DNA from: Raillietiella orientalis
Lineage: Eukaryota
DNA: 64,000 nucleotides
Direction: 5' to 3'
NCBI GenBank assembly: GCA_036172245.1
Contig: JAYWIR010000007.1
Coordinates: 868,001-932,000, forward strand
Made by a program: the position numbers and the translations under genes. The notes under the pieces are model-generated. The model had not been told where the DNA came from, searched no databases, and saw only the letters and a program-made list of their open reading frames with translations. Positions 1 through 12,190 of this stretch are shown here, one piece after another; positions within the stretch are counted from its first letter, which is position 1, and each line of letters begins with the position of its first letter.

Positions 1-329
1 GGGGTGGGCGGCGTGCGTGTGCGAGCCGAATGCCCGCTCGCCCCCGCGGTGCGCCTGCGCCATCGGCACCGCCTTTTCGCTATGGTCCGCGGAGGGAAAA
101 CCTGAGCATGCGCGCAGCAGGAAGGCGTGACGTGTTTTGTACAGCGTCCCGTTCGCTCTGGAGCAGGGAGCACAGGCGCGGAGCGGTCGCGCGGACGGCG
201 GGCGACTTCGACCTGATGTCGGGGTGCGCGCGCCCCAACTCAGGTAGCGTAACCGCAACTCAGACTCGTTGATTCGGGCCGCACCTAGAAATGCGTCGCA
301 AATGAGTGCATTCCACGCAAAGCAGTGGA

Positions 330-1540
330 TTCGGTCGTCGCTCAGTGCTCATGTCTAAGCGCGTCCTGGGGCCTGTCGTGGATCCCACGTTGCGTTGGTA
401 GCGCACCGTCGTCATCTACGTGGTACCGGTCCGGCACCGCCACTCACATTCGCCTGTCGTCATATCCTCCGTGGAACGTCACACGTCAGTGCGGCGACCA
501 CTTGCTTTAGCATTTCGAAGTCAAGCCCTCGTCGATTGTTGACCTCGTTCGTACCCTCTACAAGTGTGTCCGTTCACTCCAGATGCAGGAGTGGTGGAGT
601 CAGAAAGCCGTGAGTAGCAGCCTGAGGGGCATCATGATGCACACGCCGATGGAGAAGAGAACCGCCGACCTCGAGGAGCAGCAGTTTGCTGAGCTCCTGA
701 CGAAGACGGACTCCTGGAAGCGCCTTAGCAGGCGCATGATGGGCAGCATGGTATGCGCGCCACACCTCCGCGGCTTCATGCTGATGGCGCAGAGCGGCCC
801 TCTCTCGGGGGGGGGAGGGCATTCGCTGCCTCTGACGCAGACGGACGCCTGGAAGCGCCTTAGCAGGCGCGTGATGGGCAGCATGGTATGCGCGCCACAC
901 CTCCGCGGCTTCATGCTGATGGCGCAGAGCGGTTCTCTCTCGGGGGGGGAGGGCATTCGCTGCCTCTGACGCAGACGGACGCCTGGAAGCGCCTTAGCAG
1001 GCGCGTGATGGGCAGCATGGTATGCGCGCCACACCTCCGCGGCTTCATGCTGATGGCGCAGAGCGGTTCTCTCTCGGGGGGGGAGGGCATTCGCTGCCTC
1101 TGACGCAGACGGACGCCTGGAAGCGCCTTAGCAGGCGCGTGATGGGCAGCATGGTATGCGCGCCACACCTCCGCGGCTTCATGCTGATGGCGCAGAGCGG
1201 TTCTCTCTCGGGGGGGGAGGGCATTCGCTGCCTCTGACGCAGACGGACGCCTGGAAGCGCCTTAGCAGGCGCGTGATGGGCAGCATGGTATGCGCGCCAC
1301 ACCTCCGCGGCTTCATCTTCATGCTGATGGCGCAGAGCGGTTCTCTCTCGGGGGGGGAGGGCATTCGCTGCCTCTGATGCAGACGGACGCCTGGAAGCGC
1401 CTTAGCAGGCGCGTGATGGGCAGCATGGTATGCGAGTCACGCCTCCGCAGCTTCATGCTGATGGCGCAGAGCGATGCTCTCTCCAGGGAGCGGCGTTTTC
1501 TGCACACAACGAGGATGGGTATGTGAACACACTGTAGGCA
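330..1540 (+). mobile_element. Decayed L1/Tx1-like LINE ORF2 C-terminal (zf-RVT-like) fragment carrying a tandem expansion
   Basis: Translation ...TDSWKRLSRRMMGSMVCESRLRSFMLMAQSDALSRERRFLH..*THC fits the W-x-R...RLRSF...AL...R...CxxC layout of zf-RVT. Boundaries approximate. Confidence 0.5.
697..1482. repeat. Tandem repeat, 134-bp unit, about 5.8 copies
   Basis: Unit CTGACGCAGACGGACGCCTGGAAGCGCC... starts at 697, 832, 966, 1100, 1234 and 1374 (periods 135/134/134/134/140). Central units are essentially identical. Confidence 0.97.
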
Positions 1541-1625
1541 TCTCCGTGCGTCCAGGATGTTCACAGAAAGAATGCCCATCTGGGGGAAGGTGGAGTGGTC
1601 ATCGTGTCTGCACGCCAGCACAACT

Positions 1626-2038
1626 CTTCGGAGATTCGAGGGCGCCGCCGAGGTGGTTCGCGTTGCGCGCAACGCAGACTCGGGTGCGATCGCGCAGGGA
1701 GACGGCGTTCGCATCCACGAAGTCTCTCTGCCATGGTGCGACGCTCCGGCATCCGAAACCCGTCGCTTCGTTTGCTTCTTCCTGCGTTTGCCCCCCAGCA
1801 CGGCAGCTGCTGTGGCGGTGCGGGGGCCCCGAAACCGTCGCGGGATGGCAATCGGACGTTTCCGATGGCGCCGGCTCCGGTTGGCGCGCGATGGCCTTGA
1901 ACGGGTTGGTGGTGTTTCTCACTGCGGGCGTCGCCAGTTCCGTAGCGAAGCATCCCAACGCTACGGCACAGCCTTGCATGCGTGCTTGCATGTCCGCCCA
2001 GCATACGGACCGCACTGCCAGAGGAAGCAGGACGACGC
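1626..2038 (-). repeat. Left arm of a ~413-bp near-identical inverted duplication (partner 4521-4934); probable LINE ORF1 zinc-knuckle fragment
   Basis: Reverse complement of 4521-4934 with few substitutions. Contains a frameshifted CFLCGS..HM..DC-like knuckle on the minus strand. Confidence 0.9.
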
Positions 2039-2380
2039 ACTGCGAAACAAAAGTAGTGTGGCAAGTAGTAATCTGGAACAGCATCACAAACGTCAGCAAA
2101 AGTCGAGAAAAGTACGTTCGACCCTGCCAAGGCTTCTTCAGGCAGCAGAAGATTACAGGTGATGATGTTTACGGGTTCTGCCTCGGTTTGCGAAGAAAGG
2201 GGCAGACCTTGTGACGTCATTATCCGAAATCTTTATCGCACGACTGCTGCAGAGGGATGACGGGAAAGCTCCGCGCTTGCACGTGGAAAACACGCGCTAA
2301 GAAGGGGCAGTGCAGCACAGGACAGCTGGTGGGTTGGCGCATAGGTGTGTCATCCTTTGCTTAGGCGACCGGAGAGCGGA

Positions 2381-3720
2381 GTTGCCACCCGTCACACTGG
2401 GGCGTTTATTTTGAACAAAAAGAAACTTGAGAATGGTGGGACACGTTGTCCCACCCTTCTCAAGTGCCTGGCAAGCCAGCAGCCTGTGGGGTTAGCGGTA
2501 CGCTGACCAATGAGATTCACCTTGGCAGCAGGAGGGCGGGGGGGGGGGGAACAAAAAGGAAAATAAAACTTAAATGAAAATACTATGGAAATACTATGAA
2601 GCGCCGGGAAGGGATCACAGTTCGCTGAAGGGAGTCTTCTGCATCCTTTGCAGAATGCCAGCAAGATCCATCTGCATAGCACCCAAGTGGGACCATCCGG
2701 CTGGTATCCGCAGAAAGCGAACTGGACGACATCCCTCTTTCTTCCTCTGTCGGCTTCTCTCCAGGCCACCACAATTTCGCAAATATAGCAAAGAGCTGCT
2801 AAGGCTGCGGCTCGCGGTAGGGCATTCCGCATGAAAAAGAATCGCGAAACGCCCTGGGGTTGGCAACCGGAATCTGCATGGTCGTACCAAAACGCTTGCA
2901 TAGGGGCCGGGGGCAACACAGTCCACAAGCAGTGCGGGAGGGATTCCCATTCCGCGCTTCGGCGACAGTCCGGGATCACGCTCCCCAGCGTCCAGTTATG
3001 TCGGCGGGCGTTGAAGGGGAAGACCCCAATGCAACAACAGAAGTGACGAATCCTTCCACTTCAGTGGGAGGGTGCTGCTGTCTACGTACTCTGGGGGTCA
3101 CTTCAAATCTTCGCTGTGAATACACAGCAGCCCGTCCGCATGGAAGGACACTTGGGATTGCAGCGTCGGTCAGCTGCTCCATGGTCTAGCCATCCTTTTC
3201 CTCCTGCTTGCACTCTCGCAGGAGACCTCTCATCTCGCCGGTTGGATACTGCCAGTTTCCTGCCTTAGGGAGAGCGGCGTTACGGCAAGGGAGGTCAGCT
3301 CCTCGCACTCGCTCATGCTGGAGCTCTCCAGGATCTTCCGCAACGAGCAGCCGAGATCTCAGGCAGTTCCACCTCTCCGAGCTCCGCTCGTTCAACTTCC
3401 AGCTGTATCCTGTAGCCAGGTGCTACAGCTGGTGGGACAGCAGGACATCCAGCCATTCTCCTTCGCCAAGGTGACCATCCTTCCAAGGTTTCCGCGCTTT
3501 CTCAGCTTGCGGTCTCGGAACAAAAGATGAGACCTACGTGGCTGGCGAGGAGGCGTGCGGGAACGCACCAGGGGGATACCCCCTGGTCTCCGATTCTTCT
3601 CTGCGATGACCGACGTTGCCCATCTCAGTTGTATCTCCATGGAGAGTGGGGCAGGAAACCCGTTGGCGCAAAAGAGCAATTTTCAATAGAGTGGCAGGTA
3701 CCATGCTGAAGAGAGCTGGG
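2381..3720 (-). mobile_element. 5'-truncated Tx1-like LINE: ORF2 C-terminus plus 3' UTR
   Basis: Minus ORF 2392-2979 has CRRSAEWESLPH...RNALPRAAALAALCYICEIVVAW, homologous to the other copies. Terminal AATAAA plus hairpin at 2381-2410. Confidence 0.85.
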
Positions 3721-4520
3721 GCTCTAGCGGATGGCTAATGGCAGTTGTTCGCGAGTGGTGCGCGATTCGCCAGTAGGCTCTCAGTCCTACTGCCTGTCGA
3801 GCAACTTGTGCCGTTGGTAGGCACGCCTGGAGAGCTGTGATACACCTGGTCGCCGCTCCAGTTCCCACAAATTCCCCAGCCTTCCCTTTGGGACGCTGCC
3901 GTCTGGCCAGGGCATCGAGAGCAGCGCTCTCACACTCCCTTCGTCTGACTGCTGGACTTCCAGGCGAACTCATGTGGATCACACGCCCAACCTGTCCACC
4001 CGATCGCGGAAAATGCGTTAGCCCTACTGAAGGAAGGCATTTCTTGTCAGAAGCAAGACAGCTTCTTGAAAGAAAACGAAACTCTGCTGCTTGATGTTTT
4101 TCTCGCTGCCGCACGACGGTCTTCACGGCGTGGCGGCTCCAACAAAGGCGTGGCGGCACTGATGCCTGGCTGGCTGCGTGGCAGAGTGCGTGACAGCGCT
4201 TCAACGAACCCCCACGTTTTTCTCCGGCTAGAGCGACTCGTTCTTTCCATGGAACGAGCTTTGTGGGTGGGTGCAGCGGCCAGTTGGCGTGCCAACTGGC
4301 CGCATAGCAGCTTGGCGTTGCCCGCGCTCTCTCAGGGAAACTCCCACCCTGTCAGCAGGCTGCTGCACTCTCCCTCAGGGAGCAGGGCAGCGCCTCTGCT
4401 AGGGCTGTGGCGGCAGCCCCGGTCCTTTGCAGTGGCTTCTTCAGGAAGACGGACGGAATGCAGGCGCCTGCATAGCGAGCCACGCTACTAGTTAGAACTC
4501 GACTGGACGCCTACAGGGAC

Positions 4521-4934
4521 GCGTCGTCCTGCTTCCTCTGGCAGTGCGGTCCGTATGCTGGGCGGACATGCAAGCACGCATGCAAGGCTGTGCCGTAGCG
4601 TTGGGATGCTTCGCTACGGAACTGGCGACGCCCGCAGTGAGAAACACCACCAACCCGTTCAAGGCCATCGCGCGCCAACCGGAGCCGGCGCCATCGGAAA
4701 CGTCCGATTGCCATCCGGCGACGGTTTCGGTGCCCCCGCACCGCCACAGCAGCTGCCGTGCTGGGGGGCAAACGCAGGAAGAAGCAAACGAAGCGACGGG
4801 TTTCGGATGCCGGAGCGTCGCACCATGGCAGCGAGACTTCGTGGATGCGAACGCCGTCTCCCTGCGCGATCGCACCCGAGTCTGCGTTGCGCGCAACGCG
4901 AACCGCCTCGGCGGCTCCCTCGAATCTCCGAAGA
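4521..4934 (+). repeat. Right arm of the ~413-bp inverted duplication (partner 1626-2038)
   Basis: GCGTCGTCCTGCTTCCTCTGG...CGAATCTCCGAAGA is the reverse complement of 1626-2038. Confidence 0.9.
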
Positions 4935-5199
4935 ATGGGTATCTGGCGAAAGGATGCGAGCACGGTTGTGCCGGAGCGTTCATGAAAAAAAAAAATCACA
5001 TGCAGATAAAAAATAAAAATAAAAAAACAGGAACGTGGCTGCTTGCGGTTCAGAAAAAAGAGAAACAAAGAGGAGGAAAACAAACAACCTGGGAGGGCTC
5101 TCCGAAACTCGCAGGGCAAAGAAGAAATTGTTTGCAGCATTGAGTCAGCTAGTAGGGGGATGGACACATAAATTACGGGTGGGTGGGAATGGAGACACC

Positions 5200-7900
5200 G
5201 GGGATTGCTGCCACACTTCTAAATCCTTCTTGAGGTGTTGGGGATCTCCTTGATGACTTCCGGTATCATCGAAACAAAAAATCAGACACATTTCCACGAC
5301 ATTTCTGGATACACATTTTGTTTTCTTCGCATCCACACAGTAGTACACATGATGGAAATTCTTTTCTTTGAACACTCAGCTTTGGAATTTACGCGATTTC
5401 TTCACAGTCCTGTTGTTGGAAATGGCAACGATCATTGCAAAGACACCTAAAGGTGTATGAATTATTGGGGACACCGCTGCAATGGATAGTCAATCACCCT
5501 CGTTTCAATCCACTCCAGCGCATCCATGTAGTAACCGGACCTCAAGTTTCAACAACATTTTTTTCCAATCTAAAGAATACATCCTTACTCAAGTGCTCAA
5601 TGCTTTCGCAGTTCCTTTCTCCAGCGGCTACAAAGATACGTAGGACACGATAGAGATGCAGAAATGGCAAACAAGAAATGATTGGGAACTCATGACACGC
5701 TTTATGAAAGCACATATGAGCTTTCTGTTCCAATGTCAAGAAAGTGTTACAAACATTCGAAGAGTACGTTTCGCCCATTCTCTTGAAAGCATGCAAGCAC
5801 ATGATGCTTCATGAAATGGTATATAATTTAGAACGGAACCGACGGAGAGAACTGCATCTATCTGAAGTTCGAACAATACCTCCTCTTCATCAGAAGCGGT
5901 AATAATTTTACGTTTTCGTGGGAAAGGTGCGCTCATGAAAATTGGCGAGTGCCCGAGAAGGAATCGCGTTATCTGCACAGCTTAGAGGATCATTAACATC
6001 AGCACAGAAAACCACCAGTGAGTGTACAACAGTGAACCCTTTTTGCAGGAATAGGACGGGCGATAGCGCCTTGTATATGACGGGATGGATTCCGAAACTC
6101 AAGAATTTCTCGATTCCTCATACGGCAGTGTGCTCCTTGAGCTTCCAGCCTCGGTGTCAAACCATGCATCAAATGCCTCAAAAAAGCAATTGGTGCCAAG
6201 GGCTGCCAAGCGTTCTCGTTTCAGTATCCACTGATGTGAAGCACTCGCAGCTTCTAAAAGAAGGATGAGCTGATCTCCTAAAAAATGCCAGCCGTGCTCA
6301 CGGAAAACTTGCACAAATTTATGTCTACGTTTGTGTTTTGCATTCCAGTCGCTGGTGCGATGCATGTGCTATGTGAAAAGGTAGAATTCCCTTCTGTATT
6401 TCGACGAGAAACATGAGGAACCGATGCTCGTCGAAAGAAAGAAGGTAAGGACGCGTCTTGATTCAGTTCCTGGCTTTTCAATGTTTGGCATGCTGCATGT
6501 CGCAATCCTGTTGTGCCCACATTATGGCAGCCTTCATTTTGTTGCAGGATTCATACTATTCTCTTGTGCCATGTACCATTCATACGATTCTCTCATGCCA
6601 GATAGGTTTGGAAAATCCTTGCAAACAAATGCTCGACATCTGCTCGACTATCTTCGTCACAGGTTGACGTAGCAACTGAATTCGGTCCCGCATTTGTGGT
6701 GCGAAAACGTCTCGGTTCACCGACAAGGCAACCGTAATTTCTCTTCTCCTCGAAACCGTAATTCCTGTTCCTTCGAATCTCCTCGGAAGCATTCGATTAA
6801 GCAAATTCGATTCATGTTTTCCATCACTTGCTATGCTCTGAAGCAGAAACAAACTGTCGTCCTTCTCGCCATGAAGGAGCAAGCCGTCTCATCTCGAATG
6901 TGTGGAACATGCTGCAAATGTCAGTAGTCGTGCAGTTTAGGTTGGGCATCAATAGGAAACAAGAGGATATGGTTTACCTCGGGCCTGGATCAACCCGCTT
7001 GCCCCAGTGCTGCCCTTCCTCAAAAACTCAAGGGACAGCAATCGACCGGAAAAGTGAGAAGTAACCTGCCTCATTGGAGGCAAGAAAAAACTTTTCAAAG
7101 CGTGGACAACTCGGCAGCCAGCGGACGCTGCGACCCTGAGTGTCCTGCCAAAAGGACTTGTACGCTGGGGCGAGGTGCTCGCGATACCTCCGGAGGAGGT
7201 GAAGTGGTCCCCAGCGTGTTGGGACAGTGGCACCCTTCCCCTCAAGTAGCAGGAAATGGCGTTGCTGTTGTTGCATGGAAGAATCCCATGCGGAGCACTC
7301 CTCTCTCACTGGACACGGGGGAGTGTGGATGCCAACTACGGAAGTTGCGGGGAGAAGAAGACCTTCCCTCACTCATTAATTGACTGTGTTGCTCTCCGAA
7401 CCCTTTGGAATCGACTATCGTTGATCCTTAAAATCCCAGTAGCGACCCCAAGAACATTTTCATGGAGTTTAGGTTGGGCATCAGTTGGGAACAAGAGGAT
7501 ATGGTTTACCTCGGATGCGAATCCAAGAAACACCTGTTCCAAAAAATTCGGATATCACTGACTGTTCGGACTCCTAATGGTCAAGGTGAATTCGATGGCA
7601 ATGGATTCAGTTCACAGCTTCAGAAGAGACAATGTCCAGTGCAATAGAATGGTAAGTGACATTTATGCTAATATTGACAACAGCAACATGCTGGAACCGA
7701 CGTTCGATTCAGTAATCGACAACTTAATGTCTAGCGGATGCACCTCATTAATCCGTGGAGCAATGATTCCAAGGAAACGAAAGCTCGAAGAAACACTGTG
7801 CCATGTGAACACTGTGACATAAGAATGTCAAGGTTGCCGGGATACACTTATGGCAACGAACGGTATAACCAGGTGTTCTACCACATCATTGTGAATTTGC
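5200..7900. other. Unidentified decayed coding-like block, lower in GC than the flanks, interrupted by a LINE fragment
   Basis: Broken ORF pieces, including an F-box-like stretch (5736-5978 minus, VLNYIPFHEASCACMLSREW) and a CxGC motif near 7825 (+). No confident family assignment. Confidence 0.3.
6983..7465 (+). mobile_element. Internal Tx1-like ORF2 zf-RVT fragment flanked by a 49-bp direct repeat
   Basis: PLK*QEMALLLLHGRIPCGALLSHWTRGSVDANYGSCGEKKTFPHSLIDCVALRTLW matches the other copies. Repeats at 6934-6982 and 7466-7514. Confidence 0.85.
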
Positions 7901-8230
7901 CTGACCTTTATTATTATTTTAATAATAAATGCCCCGCCAAAAAACGTGTGGAAAACCTGGCCTCCCTCCCCAGCTCGGAATTGCGCCGAAGTCGGCAGGT
8001 CATCGACAAGGAGCGGATGCTGATCGGATTCCTCAGGGAAGAGCTGCTGACACGGCCCTGCAATGTTTCTCCGGGGACTCAGGATCGACTGGAGACCGTG
8101 CTCAAAGGCAATTTGCATGGAAACCTCTTCCCCATATTAGACCTCCAGAATCTCATTGGGGTATTTGCTGCCGTCCCCAAGATCTGCGCCGACAGCGACT
8201 CCAGGTGAGCTCGCGCCCAACCCCTTCTGA

Positions 8231-10500
8231 TTGACACCCGGTCACGCCAGGGCATTCATTAATAAAATAAACATACATGCATGCGGCAGGAAGTTTAATT
8301 TTGCCACGTTGCTGATAACTACGAGAAGGAACCTGCCGGGAACTGGCACGCAAGCCAGCGGCATTCGCCTCGGCAGCACAGGGAAAGGGGAGACAAACAA
8401 AAAGAAAGATAAAAGAAAGATAAAACAAAAAAAATACAAAAAATTTAGGGTGGGGTGGGCGTTCGGAAAGGGATCACTCCATGCTGGCAGGTGTCCTCTG
8501 CATCCTTGTAAGGATGCCGGCAGGTTCTCATTTCAAGAATCCCAGATGAGGCCATCTTGACGCTGTCCTCATGAAGAGGACAGCAAAATAGATGACGTTC
8601 CTGTCGTTCCGGCTACTGGCGTTGCTCCATACAGCCACGTTCCCGAGCAGGTAGCAGAGCGCTGCTAGGGATGCGGCCGGCGTGAGGGCGTCGCGCAGGA
8701 AGACGCACTTTACAACGTCTCTGGCGTTGCCACCAGGGGTTCCAAGGGTAGTGGCAGAGCGTCCCCGAAGGAGCCGGAAGGCCAGAGCCCGCATTGGAGG
8801 CTTTGTGGTTAAGGCTTCCGCGTGTGGTACCATGCGTCGTGGGTTCGAATACTCCGGCAGAAACTGACGCCACTGCGTCGTTGGATTCCGAGTTTCTCCT
8901 GCAATGGCGCTGGTTGGCCGAGACATTCGGGAGTGGCACTGGTGGTCGTTTAAGCCGTTGGCCCATGATGAAGGCCGGAACAATGGGAGTCGACCTTCGG
9001 GTCCTTCCAGGAATCAAGGGGTGGGGAGTTCCCCCTCCGGTCGCACAACGGAGAGCGGACCCCCCACACCGGGGAGACCCCTCCGGTTTCAAGATGGAGC
9101 AGGAGCCTTCACAGGCACCTCTCCAGCTGTTCAAAGGTGCGGAACTCCCATATTGCGGGGGGGGACCCTCCGAGTCAGCAAGCGAAAGCGATTCCCCTGC
9201 GGGAAGCTACAGCGCCCCTTCTGAATTTCGGAAGCGTCCCTTCGGGATTCTCTTCAGAGGAGTGAACAGGAGCGGTTCCCTTGCGGGTTCCCTCCGGAGA
9301 AGAAATTCCTACTAGCGGATCCTTTCCGGGTTTCCTTCGGAGATGAAATGGAGAGGACCACCCCCCTTCTGGGGTGCTCCCTCCTGAGAGAATGAGGAAG
9401 GAGATTCTCTTCGGAGACAATCCAGGGTGGGAGATGCGACCCCCCCTGAAGGAGGATCCCTACGCAAGCGTAAGAGTAATGGACTCCGAGCCTTCCTGAA
9501 TTCATAGGGCGGAACATTTTGAGGTACCCCCTATTTTGAAGAATGAGCCCACTAGAAGGTGCGAGAGGGACTTTCACTCCCCGCACCTTGCACAGTTCGG
9601 GTCCACCCCTTCCCCCGTGTACAGTGATGCCGGCAGGCGTTGCACGGGAGGTCCCAGTGCAGAAGCATCTTTGCCGACTCGTGCCACTTTGAGGGGAGGA
9701 TACGGATGTTCATGAGCGCCAGGGACCACTGCAGTTCTTCCTCCGGAATATCCAGTAGCACACCCCGGAGAAAAAGTTATGAGGTCGAGCACTCGGGATC
9801 ACAGCGTCGGTGAGATGACCCGTCGTTCACTCGCCCAGTCCTCTTCTTCTTCCGGAGATTTCCACAGTAACCCCTCCCATTTTGCCGCGAGGTTGCTGTC
9901 TATGTGTTTCCTGAGGGAGGGCAGCGCGGCGTCGAGGGAGGTTCTGCTTGCGCATGCACTTTTCACAGGATCTTCCAGGATCTCCCGCAGTTGTTGCGCG
10001 CGTACAGGAAATGTTCCGCACATGGCTCCTGGATCCTCTCCCACGTACGAACGGTTTCCTGCAACCAGGCACTTCCGTTCGCGGGGCGGCACGAGATCCA
10101 TCCGTTGTTCCTGGCCAGCATGGCCACCTGCTGAAGGTGCAGTCCGCAGTGGATGAGGCGGCGTGGAGGGCGCGCAAGGAAGGACGCGAGTTCCACGCTG
10201 CCGGTGGCTTGCTGGACAAGAATAATGCAGGTTGGCACCAGGTGGGTGCTCCATAGGGTTATCACGAGGGAAAGTGTCCGAGACTGGAGCTGCAGCTCCA
10301 TTCGCTCCAGCGAGGAGGTCAGGAGGTCTATGCCGACATCCCGACGCGGAGCACACATGCCCTTCAGGCGGACTCGGCGCCTCCCTTTGCCCCAGAGGAC
10401 GATCCAGACGTCTTTTGTCCACTTTCTAATGTTGCATGGCAATGGGGAAAACCCTTCTTCTGCGTGCACCGTCGCGACCCTCCTTTTCGCTGGAACCTAA
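8231..10500 (-). mobile_element. 5'-truncated Tx1-like LINE, split by an insertion at ~8790-9545
   Basis: ILPSKWHESAKMLLHWDLPCNACRHH (9552-9761) continues into RDALTPAASLAALCYLLG...RWPHLG (8528-8760). Family 3' terminus at 8231-8260. Confidence 0.85.
8790..9545 (+). mobile_element. Putative tRNA-headed SINE-like insertion
   Basis: A-box-like GTGGTTAAGG and B-box-like GGGTTCGAATAC near the 5' end. Related sequence at ~20030-20370 (+) and at 15660-15760/16600-16680 (-). Imperfect flanking duplication GAGCCC..AGG. Confidence 0.5.
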
Positions 10501-11009
10501 GGTGACTTCCGGAACGCGTCCAGAAGGCAGGAACGACTCTATCCCGGCAGTTGGGCTCGACGCTTTAACTCCAACCATTTTCAGGATCGGTTGCTTCGTC
10601 AGGTGAGTCTTTGCCGACACTCCTTAGCGGACTCCGACTTCCATGGCCACCGTCCTGCTGCCCATAACAACCAACACGTTTTATGGAATGTGATGGGCGT
10701 CGCATCAAGCGCCGTAACCCAACGTTTGCTTCGTCGAAAAGGGCCAGTCCTGCTTACCCAAATGGGTCCACTGGGCACTCGTGGATCCGAGCTTCAGCTT
10801 TCAAGCAAGCCGGACTTCTCAATCATTTCAAGTTTGAGAATAGAACGAGGTCATTCCGGCCCCAAGGCCTCGAACCATCCACTTTACCTGATGAGACTCC
10901 GTTCTTTTGCCACTTCGGCGTGCTCCAGCTGTCCCGAAGGAAACTTTGGAGGGAATCAGCAGCTACCAGATGGTTTGATTCGTCTTTAGCCCCTACACTC
11001 AGAGCTCTC

Positions 11010-12190
11010 ACGACCAGTTTGCACGTTCGGATCGCTGCGGACCCCCACCGGAGTGTCCTCCTCTGGCTTCGTCCTGTCCAGGTAAGGGTCTACCATCTTT
11101 GAGACAAGGATATGCTGCAGCACGCTGACGTCCAAGCTGACCAGCCTGATAGCCACCCGTGGGCTGAGGGGCGGCGCGAATGAGATCGCCTTCAGCCCCG
11201 CCGGGGCGAATTCGAAGCTGTGCATCATCTTTCGCCAGGAGGAGATTGTGGACCACATGATTGTAACGAATATGTTCCAGCTTTCCGACCGGCGGAAGAT
11301 TCTGCTCGCGAGCGACCTCTAGGAAGAGGTAGCCAAGGTACCGGAGTACGATATCGCTAGCCAGAAAACCGAAGTGAAGCTGGGAAGGAAGATCAGTACT
11401 TTCGAGTTTCAGATTGGTGTGCCTTCCCAGCACGTGGTTCGGAGACCTCGACGAGGTGTGCCACCTAGGAGACACCATCAGAGCCTTAGGGAGGGAAGGG
11501 GGATTGAAGATTCTGAAGATACAGTGGCAGTTCTGAAGATACGCTGGTGTCCTGAGGACACGAGTCCCATGCCATTTTAAGGGGAGGGTGGAGGTCTTCA
11601 TCAGCATCGGAGGCCACTTCAGTTGTTCCTGCGCAACTTCCAGCAGCTCGCCCCAGCGCAAAAGTCCAATAGGGGTGGTAATCCGGGCCGCAGTATCACA
11701 TAGAATCCCCGTTTTCCATTCCCCGATCTTTTTCTCCGTACCGGAGATTTTAGCGACCACTTCCCATGCCGCCGCAGTGTTGCTGTCCAGATGGTTTCCG
11801 AGGGAAGACAGCACTGCAGCGGGGGGAGTTCTTCCTGCCCACGCTCTTCTTGTGGGGTTCTCCAGGACCTCCCGAAGCGTTAGGCGGTCATTGCGCGCAA
11901 ACAGCTGCCTTCGCTGTTGTTTGGCGCGCTGCTCGTTGCTCCTCGCCCATGAGTATACGGTTTGCTCTAGCCAGGCGGATCCGTTAACTGGGCGACAGGA
12001 GAGCAAGCCCACATTGTTCCTCATCAGATTGGCCACTCTCTGCAGCTGCAAACCGCCGTGGCAGACTTGGCGGCGACGACGGAGCTCAAGAAAGGCGGAT
12101 CGCGCTCGCAGACTGGAACGATCTGAAAAGATCGGTCCGCAAGTTCTGCTGCCGGTTCCCCTTGCACGTGCTCCCCCGCGGCTTCGGCGA
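11010..12190 (-). mobile_element. LINE ORF2 fragments (RT thumb LRYLGY piece and pre-zf-RVT region)
   Basis: ORF 11008-12051 is homologous to the 9700-10200 region (HLDSNxAAxWE, LPLKWH), with an RT motif-7-like LRYLG near 11335. Confidence 0.7.

Noticed and set aside
697..1482. CRISPR array or hammerhead (retrozyme) multimer
   Set aside because: Units are contiguous with no unique spacers and no cas genes. The CUGAUGG/CUGACG motifs lack the CUGANGA...GAAA hammerhead core geometry.
1626..4934. DNA transposon with long TIRs
   Set aside because: No TSD outside the arms and no transposase; the arms look like LINE ORF1 sequence.
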